Below, piece by piece: positions 39,623 through 48,861 of a stretch of 64,000 nt of DNA. Origin of the DNA: Verrucomicrobiota bacterium (GTDB lineage: Bacteria > Verrucomicrobiota > Verrucomicrobiia > Limisphaerales > AAA164-E04); the NCBI GenBank assembly GCA_047947115.1, contig CP170459.1, positions 4,544,001 through 4,608,000 of the forward strand. Direction: 5' to 3'. Both the position numbers and the translations under genes were made by a program. How positions within the stretch are numbered: position 1 is the first letter of the stretch; each line of letters starts with the position of its first letter. Below the pieces are notes generated by a model. That model had not been told where the DNA came from. It ran no database searches and saw nothing but the letters and a program-made list of their open reading frames with translations.

Positions 39623-41454
39623 GTCAACTCTCAGGAGTCATCACAGTTGATCCTCAAAACATCATCCATCAACATTTTCTACACATACTGGAGGAAAAGG
39701 CATATCAGGCCCAAGGATCATGCGGCACTCTCATATCCAGTCAGCCGATCTATGCACAAAAGGGAATCTATTTCACCGGAACTGCTCAATTTTTAAAACT
39801 CAACAACCAGCCTTTGACACCCGATGAACTGCTTACGGCATGGCATCAAACTGGCATCAGCACTTTACAGAGCCTGAGTGGTGAGTTCTGCTTTTTAATA
39901 TGTGATACACGACAAACCCTTGATGTCTGGGCTGTTCGTGATCATTTTGGTTCGGTCCCTTTACATTACTGTAAGGAACGGACTTTTTTTGCCTTTTCCC
40001 AAAGAGCCAGGCCGCTGTGGGATCTTCCCATTGACACGGTACGCACACTCAATGAATCCAGAATTTTAGATTATATTGTCGACGATCTGGAGCACTCCAC
40101 TCACACGGCAACTTTTAGGCAAAACATTCATAAAGTCCCTTTGTCAGGATGTGTCCACTGGCAAAGCAATCGGATTACAACACATCAATATTGGAAGCCC
40201 GATCTCACTGTCACGAAGCCGGATATCACGGAAAAGTCCGCCCTGGAGAACTATCAATCATTATTGATACGCTCTATTTCAAACAAATCAGGAGAGAGTA
40301 ATGCGACGGCACTATTGGCCAGCGGCGGGCTGGATTCCAACTCAATTCATACCGCCTGGAAAAAGACAACACGTTACACGGAAGGAAACAACCACCTCAT
40401 TTCTCTCCTCCCGGATAAAGATAACCGGGATGATCTTGAATGTGAGATGCTTATGCATGAAGTCTCCAAAGAGTGCCCCCTGCCCCACAATTACATTACT
40501 CCTGGAATCGTCCTGCGAACCATGGGACCTGTTGAGTCATTCGTGCATCAACTGGAAGACCCTTTTACGGTGCACACCCTTTCAGGACCTGCTCCTTGTT
40601 ATAAGTTCGCATCCGACATCGGTGTGACCCATGTCATGGACGGCATCGATGGAGATCTGGTTGGTGGCATTCCATCGAGGTATTGGAACTATTTATGGGC
40701 AGGAGGCGAGAAGAAAAATGCCATTTTCGAATGCATCCTCAACCATAAACACCATGAGGAACCATTCTCTAAAAGCATCAAAGCTTTGATCAGAATGCTG
40801 CTTGCAAACCAAATTCCGGGGGTGCTGAGACGCCTGGATTCGATTTCCTCCAAGAAAGCCTGGGATCGTGAACAGGCAACGCGCTGGAAACGTGATTTAA
40901 GAATACGTGATGCAGCATTCACCGAATCATTCATCACACAACGAATTGCATTACTTCGATCCAACCATCCCACGCCGTCATGCCCCAGCCTGGGAGAATA
41001 CCTGCATCAAGGAATGTTGTCTCCGATGCTGGGAGTCGGCATAGATCGATACGAAGAAGCAGCACATATGTTCGGTCTGAAGGCAGCTCATCCCATTTTG
41101 GATAAAGATCTGGCTGAATTCCTCCTTGGGCTTCCGTGGCGATTCAGGGTAAAAAATGGTAATGAAAAAAGTCTTTTCAGGCTTTTTCTCGATCAAAATC
41201 ATCAAAAGAACATTGCGAATCAAGCAAAACTACCCCACGTGGGACCCTGGTTCACTTTGGCCTACCTGCGTGATTACCTGATCAGGAATCCAAAACCAAA
41301 AACCGAATGCCTGGACGCCGTAAACCGCTATGTAGATGCCACATGGCTCCAGACTGAATGGCATAATGCCCTTCACAGCAACTCCTTGATAGAAGTTAAT
41401 GAGGATCTGTGGCGAATGCTGATGCTGGGAGAATGGCTGGTTCAAAACGCTTGA
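39619..41454 (+). CDS. Asparagine-synthetase-related protein (lasso cyclase-like ATP-dependent amide ligase)
   Basis: RDHFGSVPLHY, ASGGLDS, DGIDGD, HPILDKDLAEFLLGLP, KSLFR. The N-terminal catalytic Cys is absent (MSQLSG). Confidence 0.85.
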   Translation: MSQLSGVITVDPQNIIHQHFLHILEEKAYQAQGSCGTLISSQPIYAQKGIYFTGTAQFLKLNNQPLTPDELLTAWHQTGISTLQSLSGEFCFLICDTRQTLDVWAVRDHFGSVPLHYCKERTFFAFSQRARPLWDLPIDTVRTLNESRILDYIVDDLEHSTHTATFRQNIHKVPLSGCVHWQSNRITTHQYWKPDLTVTKPDITEKSALENYQSLLIRSISNKSGESNATALLASGGLDSNSIHTAWKKTTRYTEGNNHLISLLPDKDNRDDLECEMLMHEVSKECPLPHNYITPGIVLRTMGPVESFVHQLEDPFTVHTLSGPAPCYKFASDIGVTHVMDGIDGDLVGGIPSRYWNYLWAGGEKKNAIFECILNHKHHEEPFSKSIKALIRMLLANQIPGVLRRLDSISSKKAWDREQATRWKRDLRIRDAAFTESFITQRIALLRSNHPTPSCPSLGEYLHQGMLSPMLGVGIDRYEEAAHMFGLKAAHPILDKDLAEFLLGLPWRFRVKNGNEKSLFRLFLDQNHQKNIANQAKLPHVGPWFTLAYLRDYLIRNPKPKTECLDAVNRYVDATWLQTEWHNALHSNSLIEVNEDLWRMLMLGEWLVQNA

Positions 41455-41549
41455 TTCAGGATTATTTTGCCAAAACAAAGCCCCTCGATTATTAATTATC
41501 CCGATCCAGTGACATCGGATCAAAGAGAAACACAATCAATTGACTTGAC

Positions 41550-42392
41550 ATGACAGATTCGGCACATCCCACAAAGGCAGTAACAGTCATCGCCCCCGGC
41601 CGACAGGGGTTGATGTCGAGTATGCGGGACCTCATTGAATATCGGGATTTGTTCGTATTCTGGATTTGGAGAAGCATTAAAATTCGATATGCACAAAGTG
41701 CTCTGGGTATTGGCTGGGCGATAGTCCAACCTCTGTTCAGCACCATCGTGTTCACCATCATTTTCGGGAACCTGGCAAAAATAAACTCGGACGGTTTGCC
41801 CTATGCCGCCTTTAGTTTCGCAGCTCTTTTGCCGTGGACATTCTTTGCCAACAGTGTGACAGAAAGCACCGGAAGCCTGATCCAAAACGCCAACATGATC
41901 AGCAAGATTTACTTTCCCAGGATCATTCTGCCCTTGGGAGCCATGGTGGCCAAGCTACTCGATTTCGCGATAGCCATGGTTGTCATGATTGCCATGATCT
42001 GCTGGTACCGTATCGTACCTGGAATACAAATATTGGCTCTGCCTTTTCTCATTCTGCTGATGTTTACCACTTCGGCCGGGGTGGGCATATTACTGACAGC
42101 GATGGCCATCCAGTTCAGGGATATCAAATACGGAATCAATTTTGCGCTTCAACTCCTGATGTATGCAGCCCCTGTGGTGTATCCCTTGAGCAAGGTTCCG
42201 GACAAATACCATCTCGTCTATGCTTTGAACCCAATGGTGGGAGTGATTGAGGGCTTTCGTTCCTGTCTGCTGAATTCACGTCCCCTTCCCTGGGAATTGA
42301 TCTTGATTGGAGGCGTTACCTCGACACTGTTATTGTTATTTTCCATCCACTACTTTCACACCAAAGAACGACTTTTTGCAGACGTCGCGTAG
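41550..42392 (+). CDS. wzm: ABC-2 type polysaccharide transport permease
   Basis: YRDL, RYAQSALGIGWAIVQP, SKIYFPR, FRDI, LNPM..VIEGFR. Confidence 0.92.
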   Translation: MTDSAHPTKAVTVIAPGRQGLMSSMRDLIEYRDLFVFWIWRSIKIRYAQSALGIGWAIVQPLFSTIVFTIIFGNLAKINSDGLPYAAFSFAALLPWTFFANSVTESTGSLIQNANMISKIYFPRIILPLGAMVAKLLDFAIAMVVMIAMICWYRIVPGIQILALPFLILLMFTTSAGVGILLTAMAIQFRDIKYGINFALQLLMYAAPVVYPLSKVPDKYHLVYALNPMVGVIEGFRSCLLNSRPLPWELILIGGVTSTLLLLFSIHYFHTKERLFADVA

Positions 42393-42435
42393 CCGAGGTT
42401 CAGCTTCCAAACGTTCCATTCCCTTTCATAGCAAC

Positions 42436-43713
42436 ATGACGAAACCACTCATTTCCGTCGAAAATCTATCAAAAGCCTACCGTATTGGTGCCAAAGAAGA
42501 TATTCCAGACACCCTGGCATCCGCGGCCAAAACATGGCTGAAATCCCCTTTCAAAAACTTTAAAAACCTCTCTCGACTCAACACCTTTGAAGGCACCGAC
42601 ACGAGAAACATTCATTGGGCGTTGAAAGATGTCTCCTTCAAGGTGCAAGAAGGAGAAGTTATTGGAATCATAGGACATAATGGAGCGGGAAAAAGCACTC
42701 TGCTGAAAATCCTTTCAAGAATTACACAACCGACAAAAGGACGAGCCGTCATCCAGGGAAGAATATCAAGTCTGCTGGAAGTGGGCACCGGTTTTCATCC
42801 GGAACTGAGTGGTCGTGAAAACATTTACATGAACGGCACCATCCTCGGAATGAAGAAAGTCGAGATCGACCGAAATTTCGATGATATTGTCGATTTCTCA
42901 GGCATAGGGAAGTTTCTGGACACACCCATCAAGCGCTATTCCAGCGGAATGAAAGTGCGACTAGCCTTCTCCATCGCAGCCTATCTTGAACCTGAAATAC
43001 TGGTCATTGACGAAGTGCTGGCAGTGGGTGATCAGGAATTTCAAAACAAATGCCTGGGCAAAATGCAGGACGTCGCAAAATCGGGGCGAACGGTGCTGTT
43101 CGTCAGTCATAACATGGCCGCCGTTGAATCGCTCTGCACCAGGGGAATCCTGCTCAAAAACGGAAGCATCGCTTTATCCGGACGAGTAGCGGACGTCACC
43201 ACTGAATACCTCAAACCCAAAGGAAGCGGCAATCTGGATCAAACCGCTCGCTTTAAGTCAGAAGACACCCTCATACGTGACATTCAACTATTGAATTCCA
43301 ACAACGAACCAACAGACGCCATTGCAACCGGATCCGACATTTGTTTCAGCATCAAACTTCAATCTGACCATCCCCTCAGCAACCTAACTCTCAGAATAGT
43401 ATTAACGACGGACAATGGAATTCGAGTCTGCAATTGCAATTCGAGAATTGAAACAAATCGACTTTTTGACGTTAAACAGTCCGCCGCCGTGGAAGCTCGC
43501 CTTACCCGGCAAAGACTCGCACCTGGAAAATATTTGGTTGCCGTCGGGGTTTTTCACCACGGAGAAGAACTGCAGAACGTGGACCCAGCATTTACATTTG
43601 AAATATTGGCTTCAGATATTTTTGGAACAGGACTTTTGCCCAGCAGTCGAAAAGCTGTCTATCTTCCCGAATGCGAATGGATCTTTCCGGGTCTGCCAAT
43701 CTCATCGAATTAA
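42436..43713 (+). CDS. wzt: Polysaccharide ABC transporter ATP-binding protein with C-terminal Wzt_C domain
   Basis: WALKDVSF, GHNGAGKSTLLK, GFHPELSGRENI, YSSGMKVRLAF, DEVLAVGD. Confidence 0.94.
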   Translation: MTKPLISVENLSKAYRIGAKEDIPDTLASAAKTWLKSPFKNFKNLSRLNTFEGTDTRNIHWALKDVSFKVQEGEVIGIIGHNGAGKSTLLKILSRITQPTKGRAVIQGRISSLLEVGTGFHPELSGRENIYMNGTILGMKKVEIDRNFDDIVDFSGIGKFLDTPIKRYSSGMKVRLAFSIAAYLEPEILVIDEVLAVGDQEFQNKCLGKMQDVAKSGRTVLFVSHNMAAVESLCTRGILLKNGSIALSGRVADVTTEYLKPKGSGNLDQTARFKSEDTLIRDIQLLNSNNEPTDAIATGSDICFSIKLQSDHPLSNLTLRIVLTTDNGIRVCNCNSRIETNRLFDVKQSAAVEARLTRQRLAPGKYLVAVGVFHHGEELQNVDPAFTFEILASDIFGTGLLPSSRKAVYLPECEWIFPGLPISSN

Positions 43714-43749
43714 CAACCCTCCACCACTGACAATTTCACCGAAAACACA

Positions 43750-44472
43750 ATGAGCTTTATAGGTAAACTCCTCAAACATGGAAAAAACGGCACGCTTTTC
43801 AAGACCCTTCGAAAACGCCTTTTCAATGCTGCAAATCATAAAAATGATGCTCCTATTGGAGATACCTACTACGGATCACGCGCCGAAGACTATCTGGCAA
43901 AACGTCATCAACAGGAATACTGGCATCTCGAGCAAAAACAAATAGTAAAAATGTTGTCTCGACTTCCAAAAGGAAGTTCTGTGTTGGATGTGCCGTTCGG
44001 AACTGGGCGTTTTGTCAAGGATTACTTGCAAAATGAGTTCAATGTGACCGGACTGGATGCATCTGAAGACATGCTCAAAGTGGCGAAAAAGGAATTAGGT
44101 GAACTATTCAATAAAATAAACGTATCGGTTGGAGATGCCACTCAACTCCCCTATCCCGATCAATCATTTGATTACGTCGTGTGCATACGGTTTCTAACCC
44201 ACATTGTCAATTACGAACAAGCGCGGGCCGTGCTCAGGGAGTTCCGCCGCATCACACGAAATCAATTGATTCTTCAGTTACGCATGCGCCTGGACAAATG
44301 TCCACCAACGGAATTCCCGAAACCTGACCAGCAAATCGGAGACCGTCTGAATCAAAATCAACTCAAGGACCTGCTGGGCGAGTTTGGATTTGAAGTGAAG
44401 CATATCGAAGTGCTCGAAGAGCGGGATACCTACTGTCGAGCCATTTTTCTTTGCGCTCTGTCATCAAAATAA
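43750..44472 (+). CDS. Class I SAM-dependent methyltransferase
   Basis: VLDVPFGTGR, GLDAS, GDATQLPYPDQSFD. Confidence 0.88.
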   Translation: MSFIGKLLKHGKNGTLFKTLRKRLFNAANHKNDAPIGDTYYGSRAEDYLAKRHQQEYWHLEQKQIVKMLSRLPKGSSVLDVPFGTGRFVKDYLQNEFNVTGLDASEDMLKVAKKELGELFNKINVSVGDATQLPYPDQSFDYVVCIRFLTHIVNYEQARAVLREFRRITRNQLILQLRMRLDKCPPTEFPKPDQQIGDRLNQNQLKDLLGEFGFEVKHIEVLEERDTYCRAIFLCALSSK

Positions 44473-44490
44473 GATCCATTCAACATTCCA

Positions 44491-45447
44491 TTGAACTTGA
44501 ACGACCATCCAAAGATTGCGCCTTCAAAAGACCACCCTGACGTCATCCTCGTTGAGTGGGCGAAACGAAGCGGAAGCACGGATCCACTATGTTGCAGAGT
44601 GGATTTACTGGGGCCTCCTGCAGCTGGCAAATCCACGCTATGCAAGGCAATATTTGATACTCTGCATGAGGACAGCATGAACGGCTGGATTGATTTGAGC
44701 GAAGCAAAACAGAGAGCCATCCGACACGCATTCTCCAAAGCCATACCAAAGCCCACTGCAAGGACCCGAGTTTTCGAACTGATACGGGCGATTAAAAACT
44801 TTCTGACTGCCCAGGACGGTAACCTGGAGGCGATTCCTTACTTTTCAAGCAATTTCGATTACCTTCGGGAACGAATGATGGAATCTTTTGCCACATCCCA
44901 TCATTGTTTTTTAGAGGCTTTAGCCGAACAGTGGCATGACCCCGACACCCCATTACCCCCTAAATTCGAACGATTTCATCTCGTCCGGCAATGGATCAAG
45001 GAGTTATTGTTCATAACGAGTTTCGTCGGTGACACAAAGGTGATTGCTGACAACGCGAGGCTGACAAAAGGCATGGCCGAATTGCTTTCAAACCCTCGCT
45101 TTCAGAACGCGCAAAAAATTGTGTCCGAATACTGCCAGTCTCCCATGGCCCCCACAGGGATCATTCACCTTGCAGCCTCCGTCGAAACGGTGAATCAACG
45201 TTTTAAACAACGTCATAAGGAATCGGGCAGACTGAATCCTGGTCATGACTCGCGATCCCAAACTGAAATAGCAACCTATACGGCACGAAAGAACTCTGTG
45301 AATGAACATGCCATTGGCTTTTTTGAAAGCCAGGGAATTGCCGTGCTCAATCTCACGGCAGAGTCGGAGCTGCGAATGAATGTGAGTCAAGTCATATCCT
45401 TTTTGAAGGGGCTGCCCCAAAAAAAATCCATCAATGGACAGGCCTGA
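44491..45447 (+). CDS. P-loop NTPase / nucleotide-kinase-like protein
   Basis: LLGPPAAGKSTL Walker A; IIHLAAS..V..R..R lid-like segment. Confidence 0.6.
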   Translation: MNLNDHPKIAPSKDHPDVILVEWAKRSGSTDPLCCRVDLLGPPAAGKSTLCKAIFDTLHEDSMNGWIDLSEAKQRAIRHAFSKAIPKPTARTRVFELIRAIKNFLTAQDGNLEAIPYFSSNFDYLRERMMESFATSHHCFLEALAEQWHDPDTPLPPKFERFHLVRQWIKELLFITSFVGDTKVIADNARLTKGMAELLSNPRFQNAQKIVSEYCQSPMAPTGIIHLAASVETVNQRFKQRHKESGRLNPGHDSRSQTEIATYTARKNSVNEHAIGFFESQGIAVLNLTAESELRMNVSQVISFLKGLPQKKSINGQA

Positions 45448-46513
45448 TCATTCCACGACAATGAAACACATATTTCGAAGCCTACGAAGACGGTCCCATC
45501 AATTTGCTTTGCGTCACGCTCGTCAGAATCGTTTTTTTTCATCGGTTTTTTATGCCTTTTTCTCCCGGCGGTTTGACCGGGAACATGTTGGAGTCCTTCA
45601 AGGCCAGCAGCAGTTTTCCATTTCGAACGGCCCTGAGGGTTCCTGTTCAACGACCCTCAGGCGCAACACGCACCGATTGGAAAAGGGATTGATCATGCGT
45701 CCGAGAAAGGATGTTTTTGCTCTTGCCTACATTGAGGAGACAATCAAAGCCTACCAGCAATCGGTTTCCCATACCAACGGGCAGGCAAATGAAGAAATAT
45801 GCTGGGCTCATGATGTGCTGAAGGATTATTTCGACGTATGTGGGGCGCACCCATTGATCGATCGTTTACGCAAAACATTCAACAGCATTCCCCCCTTGCC
45901 GCTTAGATGCGCACCTGATAGGGCCAAGGCCTTTCACCCTTATCACCGCAACCTCAAGGCACCAGCTTCTGTCCATTATGATGAATTGCTCAAGCTCGCA
46001 GAACGACGTCGTTCAACCCGTTGGTTCAAGCAAAGCCCGGTCCCCAGAGAGCTCATTGAAAAGGCTGTCATCGTCGCCGGTTTATCCCCCAGCGCTTGCA
46101 ACCGACAACCTTTTGAATTCCGCTTTTTCGACGCCCCTGGCTTGCGCGAAAAGGTGGCTGAACTTCCAGGTGGCACAAAGGGCTTTGCGAATCAATGCCC
46201 CGTCATAGGTGTGGTTCTTGGTAATCTGGCGCATTACTACGACGAAAAGGATCGTCACGTCATCTACATAGACGGCAGCCTCGCCACCATGAGCCTGATC
46301 CTGGCTTTGGAGACACTTGGACTCGGTTCGTGCTGCATCAATTGGCCCGATATCGAAGAAGATGAAATTAGAGCCCAAAGTGTGTTGAACCTTACTACTT
46401 ATGAAAGACCCATCATGTTTCTTGCCATCGGTTATCCTGATCCAGAAGGAATGGTTCCCTATTCAGCCAAAAAATCAAAGGAACAATTATGTCGATGGAA
46501 TTACCTGGGATGA
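45434..46513 (+). CDS. Nitroreductase family protein
   Basis: RRRSTRWF, SPSACNRQP, LALETLGLGSC; N-terminal LRRNTHRLEKGL. Alternative start at 45461. Confidence 0.85.
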   Translation: MDRPDHSTTMKHIFRSLRRRSHQFALRHARQNRFFSSVFYAFFSRRFDREHVGVLQGQQQFSISNGPEGSCSTTLRRNTHRLEKGLIMRPRKDVFALAYIEETIKAYQQSVSHTNGQANEEICWAHDVLKDYFDVCGAHPLIDRLRKTFNSIPPLPLRCAPDRAKAFHPYHRNLKAPASVHYDELLKLAERRRSTRWFKQSPVPRELIEKAVIVAGLSPSACNRQPFEFRFFDAPGLREKVAELPGGTKGFANQCPVIGVVLGNLAHYYDEKDRHVIYIDGSLATMSLILALETLGLGSCCINWPDIEEDEIRAQSVLNLTTYERPIMFLAIGYPDPEGMVPYSAKKSKEQLCRWNYLG

Positions 46514-47676
46514 TGATCGAACTGTCAGGAACCAGTGTTAGGAACAAAGGTGCCGAATTAATGACGGCCGCCATTTGCCGGCGCTTCCTTCTACATCATC
46601 CAAGTATTCAGTTCGCAGTGCCGCAACGGTTCGGGACCGCAAAAGATCGATTCAAATATGGTATGTGGTATAAAATCAGCACGAAGAGGTATGCGCTGAA
46701 CCGAAAAATAACTCGTTCTGAAAAAGTTGCCATCCAGGCCGTTGAGATGATGCTGTCGAGGCGTCTGTGCACAGAATGTGGCATCGTTACGGACCAAGGC
46801 ATCAACGCTGTTCTGGATGCATCAGGGTTTGCTTTTGGTGACCAATTGCCCCTCAATCGAACACTAGATTTTGTTGAAGCTCTGAAACCTCTTAAAAGAA
46901 AGAAAGTGCCGATCGTGCTCCTTCCGCAAGCATTTGGCCCATTCTCACAGCCCTCGCACCAGGATGCCATGAAACAATTGATCGATATGACGGACCTGAT
47001 CTTTGCAAGGGATGATGTGTCCTACGGACACCTAAACCGTCTGTCCCAACATGACGAACGCATCCAGTGTTGCCCGGATTTGACCCTTGCGGCTGAGGCT
47101 CCCATAGCCCCTGTGGAAACCCAACGCCCCATCACGCTGATCCCCAATTCCAGGATGCTTGATAAATTATCCCCGGAAAATTCAAAACTTTATCAAGATT
47201 GTCTGGCTAAAATCATTCTACATGCCAAAAACAAAAACCTCCCCCTGCAATTACTCTTGCATGATCTCCATGAGGATCTTCAGTTTATTGCTCCCCTGCA
47301 ATACCTTACTGGTTCCGATATTAAGGTCGTCACAGACGATGATCCCATTCAACTAAAGGCAATACTAGCATCCAGCAGTCTTGTGATCAGCTCCAGGTTT
47401 CACGCACTGGCAGGGGCATTATCTTCCGGAGTACCATCCATTTCCATTGGTTGGAGCCATAAATACGATCAAATAATGAGTGATTTTCAACAATCCGAAT
47501 GGTCACTAAGCACCACCCAAGCATACGAGGATATAGAATCCGTCATGGATGCCATGCTGGAACCTGTAACAAACGCGAATATCTCCCAATGCTTAAAAAC
47601 TCAGATGATCGACATACGAGAGCAAGTGGGCTTGATGTGGCAAAAGGTTGATCAAGCGATTGGTTTACCTGGTTGA
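46510..47676 (+). CDS. Polysaccharide pyruvyl transferase (WcaK/AmsJ-like)
   Basis: NKGAELM, LPQAFGPF, ARDDVS, SRFHAL, WSHKY. Confidence 0.85.
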   Translation: MMIELSGTSVRNKGAELMTAAICRRFLLHHPSIQFAVPQRFGTAKDRFKYGMWYKISTKRYALNRKITRSEKVAIQAVEMMLSRRLCTECGIVTDQGINAVLDASGFAFGDQLPLNRTLDFVEALKPLKRKKVPIVLLPQAFGPFSQPSHQDAMKQLIDMTDLIFARDDVSYGHLNRLSQHDERIQCCPDLTLAAEAPIAPVETQRPITLIPNSRMLDKLSPENSKLYQDCLAKIILHAKNKNLPLQLLLHDLHEDLQFIAPLQYLTGSDIKVVTDDDPIQLKAILASSSLVISSRFHALAGALSSGVPSISIGWSHKYDQIMSDFQQSEWSLSTTQAYEDIESVMDAMLEPVTNANISQCLKTQMIDIREQVGLMWQKVDQAIGLPG

Positions 47677-47691
47677 ATCAAATCGAGAAGC

Positions 47692-48861
47692 ATGTCAAAT
47701 CCGATCATCTCACTTGTACAGTTCAGCGGAAAACGTGATGGGGCCGCTCTTAGCGCACTCGCCATTGGAGAAGGATTTCGTCGGCATGGATGCAAGTTGC
47801 AGATGATTTTTGGCACTGACGGTGAGGTTTTCGATTTGAGTCTGCAACGCGGGTATGAAACACATCTCTGGGAGCATAAGAATTGGCTAAGGGATCAACG
47901 TCTCGTTGGATTTGTCAAAAACTACTATCAGGAATCACGACGCGCCAAAGAACTACTAAACCTATTTCTAAAAAGCAAAACAGATCTGGTTTACATCAAC
48001 ACCGTAGCAAGCTTGGGCGCAGCCAGGGCGGCTTCTCTAGGGCATTTACCATGTATATGGCATTTTCGTGAACAATTTCAGGAACACGGGGGCGAATTGA
48101 AGGCTCCGGTCTTGATCAAACCGCTTTTGCCCCTCCTTTGGTCACGTTTCACAAAGGCATTTATTTTCAACACTCAAGCGGCAAAGAAATCGATGTATGG
48201 AAATCGGATCGGAGGCAAGGTCATTCCCGTTGGCATCAGTGACACATTTGGACAAGAACTGCCAGATCGCGATGTATGTCGCAACCAATTTAACTTACCA
48301 TTCAACGCAACCGTCATTGGCATACCCGGAGGTCTCAGAAAAGTGAAAGGTCATGATTGGTTCTTCAATTCGACATCCGATTGGTTGAAGGCAAATCCGC
48401 ATCGGCACGTGGCATTGGCGGGAACCGGTTCCGATGCAATGACACAATTTTTAACGCAAATGGTGTCCGATCTCGGTTTAACCGAGCGTGTTCACTTTTT
48501 GGGTTCCGTCAAAAACATGCCACTATTCTATCGTGCCTGTGATCTCATCTGCATCCCGTCCAAAGGTGAATCCTTTGGACGATGCGCGGTCGAAGCAATG
48601 GCGTGCCGCGTACCAGTGGTAGCCAGCGGCGTAGGAGGACTGAAAGATTTGATTCAACACGGTCAAAACGGAATGTTGGTTCCATACAATGATGGGCGAG
48701 GTTTGGTGAGCATTTTGAATGAAATGTTGAGAAACACCGATCATGTGTCTCAAATGGTGGATCATGCACATCTAGACTTTTCCTGCAAATACACAGAATC
48801 AGTTTACCAGGAGGCAATCTGTAGTCATGCGCTTCATGTGTGGCAACAATCCAGACCATGA
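47692..48861 (+). CDS. Glycosyltransferase family 4
   Basis: WHFRE, KVKGH, ESFGRCAVEAMAC. Confidence 0.87.
   Translation: MSNPIISLVQFSGKRDGAALSALAIGEGFRRHGCKLQMIFGTDGEVFDLSLQRGYETHLWEHKNWLRDQRLVGFVKNYYQESRRAKELLNLFLKSKTDLVYINTVASLGAARAASLGHLPCIWHFREQFQEHGGELKAPVLIKPLLPLLWSRFTKAFIFNTQAAKKSMYGNRIGGKVIPVGISDTFGQELPDRDVCRNQFNLPFNATVIGIPGGLRKVKGHDWFFNSTSDWLKANPHRHVALAGTGSDAMTQFLTQMVSDLGLTERVHFLGSVKNMPLFYRACDLICIPSKGESFGRCAVEAMACRVPVVASGVGGLKDLIQHGQNGMLVPYNDGRGLVSILNEMLRNTDHVSQMVDHAHLDFSCKYTESVYQEAICSHALHVWQQSRP

Noticed and set aside
41455..41549. Gap after the cyclase searched for a lasso precursor
   Set aside because: Only 95 bp, with no suitable ORF.
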